A stretch of 64,000 bases of DNA from Rikenella microfusus (lineage in GTDB: Bacteria > Bacteroidota > Bacteroidia > Bacteroidales > DYQK01). Below are positions 48,123-55,623 of the stretch, one piece after another. The position numbers and the translations under genes are program-made. The stretch's first letter is position 1. Each line of letters opens with the position of its first letter. The notes under the pieces were generated by a model. It did no database searches, was not told where the DNA came from, and was given only the letters and a program-made list of their open reading frames with translations. The stretch spans positions 5,630 to 69,629 of the forward strand of contig DYQK01000001.1 in the NCBI GenBank assembly GCA_020719385.1, written 5' to 3'.

Positions 48123-48196
48123 TCGGGGTGAGAAGACTCGAACTTCCGACCACTTGCACCCCATGCAAGTACGCTAGCCAACTGCGCTACACCCCG
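48123..48196 (-). tRNA. tRNA-Pro (anticodon GGG)
   Basis: The reverse complement reads CGGGGTG TA GCGC AGTTGGCTA GCGT A CTTGC ATGGGGT GCAAG TGGTC GGAAG TTCGAGT CTTCT CACCCCG A. All four stems pair, and the anticodon loop carries GGG. Confidence 0.9.
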
Positions 48197-48225
48197 CTAA
48201 AAACCTTTTTACTATGAAAACGCTG

Positions 48226-48233
48226 CAAAAGTA
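48226..48233 (-). promoter_or_regulatory. -7 box TACTTTTG for tRNA-Pro
   Basis: The plus strand reads CAAAAGTA, 30 nt upstream of the tRNA 5' end. Confidence 0.55.
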
Positions 48234-48311
48234 AACCTTTTTTTCGATTCTGCAAAATTTTTCGCATAAAATCTCGAAAAAAATTTTAAATTTTTTCTAA
48301 AATCTTAATTA

Positions 48312-48686
48312 TCAAGCAGTTAAATTTTCAATATTTCCCTCCGATTCTTGTTTTTTCTTGCGAAAATAAAATTTATACGCAATTATTCCCGCAAAAAGCG
48401 AAATTAAACTTCCCAAAATTAAACGTCTTTGCGGCAATTTTTTATAAACATTCACAATATTTTCCCGATACTTCAACGCAACAGGAATCAATTGCAACAA
48501 ACTTTGCTGCATATCAAAATTCGATAAAACTTCATTGTAAACATTTCCTGGTGTCGTATTTTCCTTTATTGACGCAAATCTTTTGCGAATTCGAGTTTCG
48601 TGATGTTTAATTCTTTTCCGCAAAACCGCCTTTTGATACCGAATATCTTTCACCGTCTCGATATCTTTGTAAACTTTTATTTTCAT
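48312..48686 (-). CDS. hypothetical protein with a C-terminal TM anchor
   Basis: 124 aa with an ATGA overlap to the upstream gene. No family recognised. Confidence 0.45.
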   Translation of the reverse strand: MKIKVYKDIETVKDIRYQKAVLRKRIKHHETRIRKRFASIKENTTPGNVYNEVLSNFDMQQSLLQLIPVALKYRENIVNVYKKLPQRRLILGSLISLFAGIIAYKFYFRKKKQESEGNIENLTA

Positions 48687-49051
48687 TTCTTCTCTTTTTT
48701 GGGTTTAAAAATTGACTTCAAAATGACATTAATAATTGGTTGAGCAATCCATTTTTTCCGAAAAACGACAATTAAAATCACCGCCATAAGATAAATTCCT
48801 GCCACAGTGAAAAAACCTAACGAATTACTTTTAAAAATCTCGCCTAAAAAATATCCGAAACCAAGCGAAATAAACAGCAAAAATGAAATTCCCAACAACA
48901 AAACTATTAACGTAACCACTAAATAAGCCGCCACCATAACCAACTTTTCAGTCAGGTCTAATTGCAACCATTGATAGCGTGTTTCGAGATATTGTCGCAC
49001 CTCGGCAACCAACTCGATAATCGTTTTTTTCAACGTAAATTGTTCATCCAT
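48683..49051 (-). CDS. phage-holin-family-like (DUF1469-like) membrane protein
   Basis: 122 aa with an amphipathic N-terminus followed by two long TM helices. Family recalled from its typical YtxH-neighbour context. Confidence 0.45.
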   Translation of the reverse strand: MDEQFTLKKTIIELVAEVRQYLETRYQWLQLDLTEKLVMVAAYLVVTLIVLLLGISFLLFISLGFGYFLGEIFKSNSLGFFTVAGIYLMAVILIVVFRKKWIAQPIINVILKSIFKPKKEKK

Positions 49052-49077
49052 AAAAATAATTTTTCAATTTAAAAACA

Positions 49078-49110
49078 ACACTCCGCTTGAGATAACTCTC
49101 ATCGGAGTGT
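49078..49110 (-). terminator. hairpin between ytxH and the holin-like gene (terminator or attenuator)
   Basis: ACACTCCG(17 nt)CGGAGTGT. The minus-strand transcript continues with TGTTTTTAAATT. Confidence 0.45.
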
Positions 49111-49139
49111 TTGTTCAGAAATATCAAAGACAAAATATT

Positions 49140-49343
49140 TTATTCTTCAACTTCGTCTTCGTCTTTTTTCCCGCGAATTTTCTTGTAAGCCTGCGTAGCT
49201 TTTTCTCCCAAAGCAGAGAGTTTGTCTTTAATTTTTTTACGAGTTTCCGAACCCTTGTCGGGGGCAAGTAAAATTCCGAGACTTGCACCTGCTGCTGCGC
49301 CAGCTAAGAAAGCTGCTAATAATTTTGCTGTTTCGCTTTTCAT
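49140..49343 (-). CDS. YtxH domain-containing protein
   Basis: 67 aa. LLAAFLAGAAAGASLGILLAPDKGSETRKKIKDK is the YtxH signature. Confidence 0.75.
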   Translation of the reverse strand: MKSETAKLLAAFLAGAAAGASLGILLAPDKGSETRKKIKDKLSALGEKATQAYKKIRGKKDEDEVEE

Positions 49344-49549
49344 ACTTATGCGTTTTAAAATGGTTAAATACTTAAATTCTCAAAAATAAACTTTTGCAAA
49401 AATAATATTTTTTTTGAATTTTACAAAGTTTTTACAAAAATAATTTTATTTTTTTTTATTAAAAATTCTAATTGCTTGAAAATTAACGAATTAAAATTTT
49501 TGAAAATAATTTTTTTTTCATTTTTTATCAAAATATCACTTTTTTTCAT

Positions 49550-49557
49550 TACATTTG
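49550..49557 (+). promoter_or_regulatory. -7 box TACATTTG for the LRR gene
   Basis: TAnnTTTG match 39 nt before the ATG at 49596. Confidence 0.5.
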
Positions 49558-49595
49558 CACCGCAAAATTTTTTTCACAAAAAAATACGTAAATTT

Positions 49596-50360
49596 ATGAA
49601 AATCAAGTTATTAACTCTCTTTTGTGTTTTTTCTTTTGTGGCAAATTCCATCGCACAAGAGGATAAAACTTATATTTCGATTCAAGAAGCGTTGCAAAAT
49701 GCAAAGCAAGTTTATATTCTCGACCTAACGGGACAATCGCTCAAGGAATTGCCCACAGAAATCGGCAATTTGGTGAATTTGAAAAAATTAATTCTTTGGA
49801 AAAACAATCTCACTTCTTTGCCTGCTTCCATCGGAAAATTGCAAAATTTGACCGAATTAAATCTCAAAGAAAATCAAATTTCGAAATTACCCGCAGAAAT
49901 CGGGCAGTTGAAAAATTTGAAAAAATTAAATTTGGAAAATAACAAATTGAAAGAGTTGCCAAAAGAAATTAATTTGTTAACCAACTTAGTAAATCTCAAT
50001 TTGGGATGGAACGCTTTGACTATCAATAACTTAACTGAAGTTTGGAAATTAACCAAATTGACAGAATTAAATTTGCAACGCAACCAACTCGAATCTTTGC
50101 CCGAAGAATTAGGAAATCTGACGAATTTAACCTCGTTAAATCTCAATTTTAACCCGTTGAAAACTTTGCCTGCTGCCATCGGTAAACTCGTTTTGTTAGA
50201 AGAACTCGACTTGGGCAAAAACACAGACCTAACGACTTTGCCCGTTGAAATTGGAAATTTACAAAATCTCGAAACCTTGAATTTACAAGGCGTTTCGCTC
50301 TCGCAAACAGAAAAAGATAAGTTAAAAAAATTACCTTCGAAAACAGAAATCGAATATTAA
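49596..50360 (+). CDS. secreted leucine-rich repeat (LRR) protein
   Basis: ATG at 49596, 39 nt after a TAnnTTTG box. Signal peptide MKIKLLTLFCVFSFVANSIAQ, then about 9 tandem 23-aa LRRs (L..LP.EIG.L.NL..L.L..N.L). Confidence 0.85.
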   Translation: MKIKLLTLFCVFSFVANSIAQEDKTYISIQEALQNAKQVYILDLTGQSLKELPTEIGNLVNLKKLILWKNNLTSLPASIGKLQNLTELNLKENQISKLPAEIGQLKNLKKLNLENNKLKELPKEINLLTNLVNLNLGWNALTINNLTEVWKLTKLTELNLQRNQLESLPEELGNLTNLTSLNLNFNPLKTLPAAIGKLVLLEELDLGKNTDLTTLPVEIGNLQNLETLNLQGVSLSQTEKDKLKKLPSKTEIEY

Positions 50361-50375
50361 AATCACTAAATTGAG

Positions 50376-51347
50376 ATGAATTTTTCTCGTTTTCTTTTTG
50401 TTTTTGCACTTTTTTGCACTTTTTCGAATCTCAAAGCACAGACAAAAGTGCATTCTATTTTGTCAAAAAATGTAATAGAAATTGCCGATACAACGCACTT
50501 GACGCTTGAGGTCGAAACTTCGGAAAATACAAAAATTAATTTTCCCATTTTTAACGATACAATTTCGAACTTAGTTGAAATGGTGGGAAAACCTAAAATT
50601 GACACGTTGAAAAAAAATGGCAAAATTATTTTGCGACAACATTTTTTAATATCAGTTTATACAGACACGGTTTGTAATATTCCGCCGTTGAAAGTTATTG
50701 TCAATCAACGAGATACGATTTTTTCAAATTCTCTTTCGCTACAAGTCTTGCCCGTCAATATTGACAAAAATACTGCGGCAAAAATTGATACGACAAAGGA
50801 ATTAAAAATTTTTCCTGTAAAACCGAATGAAAATACGCCGCTAACTTTGAAGGAATTTTTTCAACGTTTTTATTGGGTTTTTATCGTTTTGTTTTTGCTT
50901 TTGGCAGGAATTTTATTTTGGAAACGTTGGAAAAATCGTAAAATTCCTGTTGTTGAGAAAATTTTTGAGAAACCAAAAGAAGCTCCGCATATCATTGCGT
51001 TTCGAAGTTTGGATTCTTTGTTGCAAAAAAAATTGTGGCAGCAGGGAAAAATCAAGGAATTTCATATCGAATTGACAGAAATTTTGCGAATTTATATTGA
51101 ACAACGTTATGAAGTTGCTGCCCTTGAACAAACAACGGAGGAAATTATTGAAACGTTTAATAATCAACGCATTACACAGTCAGAAAATATTGAGTTGTTG
51201 CAAAAAGTTTTATTTCTCGCCGACCTGGTGAAGTTTGCGAAATATTCTCCCTTGCCCGATGACAACGACCGATGTTTTCAGCAATCTTACGCTTTTGTTG
51301 ACAAAACAAAACAAATTTCTGTGTCAAACAAAGAAGTTTCTCAATAA
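50376..51347 (+). CDS. hypothetical membrane protein (BatD-like N-terminal domain, one TM helix, DUF4381-like C-terminal region)
   Basis: Signal peptide, a beta-rich ectodomain, TM helix FYWVFIVLFLLLAGILFW and a helical tail. The family resemblance is only from recall. Confidence 0.4.
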   Translation: MNFSRFLFVFALFCTFSNLKAQTKVHSILSKNVIEIADTTHLTLEVETSENTKINFPIFNDTISNLVEMVGKPKIDTLKKNGKIILRQHFLISVYTDTVCNIPPLKVIVNQRDTIFSNSLSLQVLPVNIDKNTAAKIDTTKELKIFPVKPNENTPLTLKEFFQRFYWVFIVLFLLLAGILFWKRWKNRKIPVVEKIFEKPKEAPHIIAFRSLDSLLQKKLWQQGKIKEFHIELTEILRIYIEQRYEVAALEQTTEEIIETFNNQRITQSENIELLQKVLFLADLVKFAKYSPLPDDNDRCFQQSYAFVDKTKQISVSNKEVSQ

Positions 51348-51354
51348 AAATTTC

Positions 51355-51394
51355 AAAGTGTTTCTGTGCAAAAACAGGCAGAAACACTTTTTTT
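51355..51394. terminator. bidirectional intrinsic terminator hairpin
   Basis: AAAGTGTTTCTGtgcaaaaacaggCAGAAACACTTTTTTT, between convergent genes (51347 and 51397). Confidence 0.8.
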
Positions 51395-51396
51395 GT

Positions 51397-51930
51397 CTAA
51401 AAATATTGCGGATAAATCGCCATTTTTTCGATCAAACGTTTTTCTAAATATTCGTTTGCACCTTTCAAAGTATCGAAAATAAATTGTGCTTCCGACAAAT
51501 ATTGCTTTCTGCGTTCAGAATTCCACAAAAGATTGGGTTTTTGCAAATTCGAAATTCTATCAGCAAGTTTAACATTCCACACTTCGATGGGTTGCAGTTT
51601 TATTCGCTGCAAACTATCTGTCATCTGCACAGATTTCTCTAAATCAGGGTTTTTCGACAATGCCAAAACGCCGTCAGCAATTTTTTTCCCAAAAGTTTTC
51701 TCTATTTCTTGATACGTAACTTTTGTATCTTCAATAACATCGTGCAACAAAGCACATTGCATCGCAAAATTAATATCAAAATTCTGTTTATAAAAATAAG
51801 CGGCAAGCGTTTCCATCGTTACGCAAGCAACGTGATGCAAATACGAAGTTTCGCGACCAGGCATTGGTTGAAAACCGTGAGCCTGAGCGGCAAAATTCAT
51901 CGTTTCTTGATAAATATCAGGATTCCACAT
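51397..51930 (-). CDS. HD-domain (p)ppGpp hydrolase-like protein (SpoT/Mesh1-type small alarmone hydrolase)
   Basis: AAQAHGFQ...YLHHV...ALLHDVIEDT...FG..IADGVLALSK matches the RelA/SpoT HD hydrolase pattern. There is no synthetase domain. Confidence 0.7.
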   Translation of the reverse strand: MWNPDIYQETMNFAAQAHGFQPMPGRETSYLHHVACVTMETLAAYFYKQNFDINFAMQCALLHDVIEDTKVTYQEIEKTFGKKIADGVLALSKNPDLEKSVQMTDSLQRIKLQPIEVWNVKLADRISNLQKPNLLWNSERRKQYLSEAQFIFDTLKGANEYLEKRLIEKMAIYPQYF

Positions 51931-51948
51931 AACATTTTTTAAGAAAAA

Positions 51949-53238
51949 TTAAACAATTTTACCAAATAAATCATATTCCTGAGCGGCTGTTATCTCAACA
52001 TTATAAAATTTTCCAATTTCAATTTCATTTTTCTCTGCACAAATAAAAATTTGTTGGTCAACATCAGGCGAATCAAACTCGCTGCGGGCAATAAAATATT
52101 TCTCATCTTTGCCATCAACTAAACATTTTAACGTTTTGCCAATTTTTTCTTTATTTAACTCCAGCGAAATTTTTTGCTGCAACTTCATTATTGAGTCGTA
52201 TCGATTTTTTTTCGTCCGCGAAGGAATATTATCTGCAAAATTTTGATGCGAAAAAGTATCTTCCTCGTGAGAATAGACAAAAACACCGAGTCTTTCGAAA
52301 CGCATCTCGGTAACAAAACTTTTTAATTCCTCAAAATCCTCTTTTGTTTCGTCAGGATAACCGACTAATAATGTGGTTCGCAAAGTTATTTCGGGAATTT
52401 CCCTTCGCAAAGACTCAATTAATTGAAAAGTTTGCTCTTTTGTATAACCTCTTCGCATTTTTTTCAACATCGAATCGCTGATATGCTGAAAAGGAATATC
52501 GAGATAACGACAAATCTTGCGATTATTTTTCATCAACTCAATAATTTCGGCAGGAAAAGGATGCGGATACGCATAATGAAGTCGAATCCACTCGATTCCT
52601 TCGATTTCTGAAAGTTGCGAAACCAAATCGACAAGGGCAAATTTTTTATATAAATCGAAACCGTAAAACGACAAATCTTGGGCAACAAGAATCAATTCTT
52701 TCACACCTTTTCTCGCAAGTCTTTGACTTTCAACGACTAACGTTTCTATCGGAGTAGAAATATATTCGCCGCGAATCTGCGGAATAGCACAAAACGCACA
52801 TAGACGATTGCAGCCTTCAGCAATTTTCAAATACGCATAATGCGAGGGAGTTGTCAAAAAACGTTCATTTTCTGCTTCTGCAAAATATTCCATTTGCAAA
52901 GATTTTAAAATTCCGTTCAAATTTTTCACCCCAAAATATTCGTCAACTTCGGGAATATCTTTTTGCAAATATTCTTTGTAACGCTGTGATAAGCAACCAA
53001 TTACGAATAATTTTTCGATTTCTCCGTTTTGTTTTGCTTGAACAAATTGCAAAATAGTTTGAATAGATTGTTCCTTTGCATCGTGAATAAAGCCGCAAGT
53101 GTTGATAATTACAATTTTTGCGTCAGAGTTGTCGTTGTCAAAATCAATAGAAATATTATTCCTCTCAAATTGAGCAAGCAAATGTTCCGAATCGACAACA
53201 TTTTTCGGACAGCCCAATGTTATTAAATTAATTTTCAA
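51949..53238 (-). CDS. rimO: ribosomal protein S12 methylthiotransferase RimO
   Basis: UPF0004 N-domain INLITLGCPKN, radical SAM CxxxCxxC (CNRLCAFC), and a C-terminal TRAM domain. TTG start. Confidence 0.9.
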   Translation of the reverse strand: MKINLITLGCPKNVVDSEHLLAQFERNNISIDFDNDNSDAKIVIINTCGFIHDAKEQSIQTILQFVQAKQNGEIEKLFVIGCLSQRYKEYLQKDIPEVDEYFGVKNLNGILKSLQMEYFAEAENERFLTTPSHYAYLKIAEGCNRLCAFCAIPQIRGEYISTPIETLVVESQRLARKGVKELILVAQDLSFYGFDLYKKFALVDLVSQLSEIEGIEWIRLHYAYPHPFPAEIIELMKNNRKICRYLDIPFQHISDSMLKKMRRGYTKEQTFQLIESLRREIPEITLRTTLLVGYPDETKEDFEELKSFVTEMRFERLGVFVYSHEEDTFSHQNFADNIPSRTKKNRYDSIMKLQQKISLELNKEKIGKTLKCLVDGKDEKYFIARSEFDSPDVDQQIFICAEKNEIEIGKFYNVEITAAQEYDLFGKIV

Positions 53239-53277
53239 AACAAAAAATTTTTTGCAAAATTAATAATTTTTTTCAAA

Positions 53278-55083
53278 TTATTTTCCAAAAAGTTTAAAAA
53301 TTAAGTCATTTCTGTTGATTTCTCGAAGAAAATTTTTTAAAAAATATTGATTTTCTTTTTTGTACCAAAAGAAAAAATTGCGTTGCAACACTTTTTCCTC
53401 TTGCGTTTTTGGAATATGAACTTTTTTTAAACTATACGGCTCGAAACCCGTGTAATAAATTACACTCGAAAGCGTCATCGGAATCGGGGTAAAATCTTGA
53501 ATTTGTTCCAATTTGTAATGCAAATTTTTCGTTTCGACAGCCAAATTTGCCATATCAACAACTCTGCATTGCGGATGACTTGAGATAAAATACGGTATTA
53601 ACTCTTGTTTGAGATTCTTTTTTCTGTTAAAATTTGTGAAAAATTGTTTAAATTTCTTAAACTTCTCAAACGAAGGTTTTCTCATAATATCTAAAATCTC
53701 GTCAGAAGTGTGTTCGGGAGCAACTTTTAACCTTCCCGAAACGTGAAATTCCAACAACTCTGACGCAAAAATCGAATGACTCGGATGCAAAAAATCGACA
53801 AATAAATCATAACGCACTCCGCTGCCAATTGTAACTTTTTTAATTTGCGAAAGTGAACGCACTTTTCTGTACAATTCTATCAATGGAAAATGATTTGTGT
53901 TTAAATTCGCACAAATTTTGGGAAAAACGCAAGAAGGTTTTTGACATTTCGCACAAATTTCAATATTCTTCCCGCCCATTCGATACATATTTGCCGAAGC
54001 ACCGCCCAAATCTGACAGATAACCTTTGAAATCGGGCAGTTTCGCAATTTGTTCAATTTCTTTGAGAATAGAATTTTCGCTTCGCGAGACAATTTGTTTG
54101 CCCTGATGCACCGACAAGGCACAAAACGCACAGCCTCCAAAACAGCCACGATGAATTGTTGTTGAAAATTTTATCATCTCGTAAGCAGGAATAACATCTT
54201 TGTAACGCGGATGCGGAAGACGAGAGTAGGGCAAATCATAAATTTCATCCAATTCCGATTCGGACAAAAAATATTGCGGATTAACGACAAGATATTGATT
54301 ATCAAGTTTTTGCAGAATTCTTTTTTGTGAAAAAACATTCGATTCTTGTTCAATAACAACGAAATTTTTTGCAAATTTTATTTTATCATTTAAACATTCG
54401 CGAAACGAAAATAAATTCACCGTATTCCATTGATTTTTAGAGAGTTGCGAAATATTTTCTGTTAAAAAAGCCGTTTGCGGAATTTCTGTGAGTTGCGAAA
54501 TTTTTTTTCCTGCTTGAAGTTGTTTTGCAATTTCGAGAATTGCTTTTTCACCCATTCCATAAATTAATAAATCCGCTTTGCTTTCTGTTAAAATGCTATT
54601 TTTCAACGAGTTAGACCAATAATCATAATGCGGAAACCTTCGAAGCGAAGCCTCGATTCCTCCGATAATTATCGGAGTTTCGGGAAAAAATTCTTTTAAT
54701 TTTTTGCAATAAACAGAAACTGCATAATCAGTGCGATTTTGAGGTTTATTACCGCAAGAAAAAGCATCATCAGAACGAAGCCGCAGTTGTGCCGTGTAAC
54801 GATTCATCATCGAGTCCATTGCACCCGATGTTACCCCGAAGAAAAGTTTAGGTTTTCCTAATTTTTTAAAATCTCTTCCGTCATCAAGACAGTTTGGTTG
54901 CGGAACAACAGCCACTCTAAACCCTTGATTTTCAAGCACTCGACCAATAATTGCTGTTCCAAAAGACGGATGGTCAACGTAAGAATCACCTGAAAACAGA
55001 ACAATATCTATCTCGTTCCAATTTCGGATTTCGAGTTCTTTTTTCGAAGTGGGCAAAAAATTTAACAAATTTTCCTGAAACAT
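53278..55083 (-). CDS. ygiQ: YgiQ family radical SAM protein
   Basis: N-terminal LPTSKKELEIRNWNEIDIVLFSGDSYVDHPSFG and the radical SAM cysteine motif CFGGCAFC. Start trimmed to the ATG at 55083. Confidence 0.9.
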   Translation of the reverse strand: MFQENLLNFLPTSKKELEIRNWNEIDIVLFSGDSYVDHPSFGTAIIGRVLENQGFRVAVVPQPNCLDDGRDFKKLGKPKLFFGVTSGAMDSMMNRYTAQLRLRSDDAFSCGNKPQNRTDYAVSVYCKKLKEFFPETPIIIGGIEASLRRFPHYDYWSNSLKNSILTESKADLLIYGMGEKAILEIAKQLQAGKKISQLTEIPQTAFLTENISQLSKNQWNTVNLFSFRECLNDKIKFAKNFVVIEQESNVFSQKRILQKLDNQYLVVNPQYFLSESELDEIYDLPYSRLPHPRYKDVIPAYEMIKFSTTIHRGCFGGCAFCALSVHQGKQIVSRSENSILKEIEQIAKLPDFKGYLSDLGGASANMYRMGGKNIEICAKCQKPSCVFPKICANLNTNHFPLIELYRKVRSLSQIKKVTIGSGVRYDLFVDFLHPSHSIFASELLEFHVSGRLKVAPEHTSDEILDIMRKPSFEKFKKFKQFFTNFNRKKNLKQELIPYFISSHPQCRVVDMANLAVETKNLHYKLEQIQDFTPIPMTLSSVIYYTGFEPYSLKKVHIPKTQEEKVLQRNFFFWYKKENQYFLKNFLREINRNDLIFKLFGK

Positions 55084-55103
55084 TTTTAGATTTTTTTTTT
55101 TCA

Positions 55104-55136
55104 AATTTGTCAGATTTTTTAGGAATCTGACAAATT
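55104..55136. repeat. TGTCAGAT-core palindromic element, copy 8
   Basis: AATTTGTCAGATTttttaggAATCTGACAAATT with 13-bp perfect arms identical to copy 7. It lies 23 nt after the 55159 gene stop and 21 nt before the ygiQ ATG. Confidence 0.85.
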
Positions 55137-55158
55137 CTGTAAAAATTTGCTCAAAAAA

Positions 55159-55602
55159 TTATTGTTTAAAACGAAGAATGATACTTTGTGCCAATTTTTT
55201 TGCATTTTCCAAAGTATCAATTTTGAGAGTGTAAAGTTCATTTTTGCCAACTGCCCGATACATATCTGTTTCGTCATACATCAAATTTAACGAAATATTT
55301 CCCATTACAAAAGTAGAATCTAAAATAATTTCAGATTTTAGCCCGTTTTTGACTGCTGTTGGAAAATAATAATCGTGAATCCAGTCGAGAAAGGAAAGTT
55401 CTGCACCTTCAAGATGGCTGTGGTCAGAAATCATCACTAAGATGTTGTTTTCTTTAAAATAATTTAGCGAAAATTCGCAAGATTCAACAGCCCCTTGTGA
55501 GTTAAGCGAGAGATAATTTTTCCAATACACAAAAATGGTATTAGGTATTTCGTCTGAGATGTCAAAAATTTCTGCGAATGGGTTTTCATAAACTTTTTTC
55601 AT
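55159..55602 (-). CDS. hypothetical small protein, possibly STAS/SpoIIAA-like fold
   Basis: 147 aa. The pattern YENPFAEIF...IFVYWKNY...VMISDHSHLEGAELSFLDWIHDYYFPTAVKNGLK resembles small proteins often found beside PAS/PP2C sensors in Bacteroidota. The fold assignment is unverified. Confidence 0.4.
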   Translation of the reverse strand: MKKVYENPFAEIFDISDEIPNTIFVYWKNYLSLNSQGAVESCEFSLNYFKENNILVMISDHSHLEGAELSFLDWIHDYYFPTAVKNGLKSEIILDSTFVMGNISLNLMYDETDMYRAVGKNELYTLKIDTLENAKKLAQSIILRFKQ

Positions 55603-55623
55603 AAAAAAGTGGTTTTAAATTTA

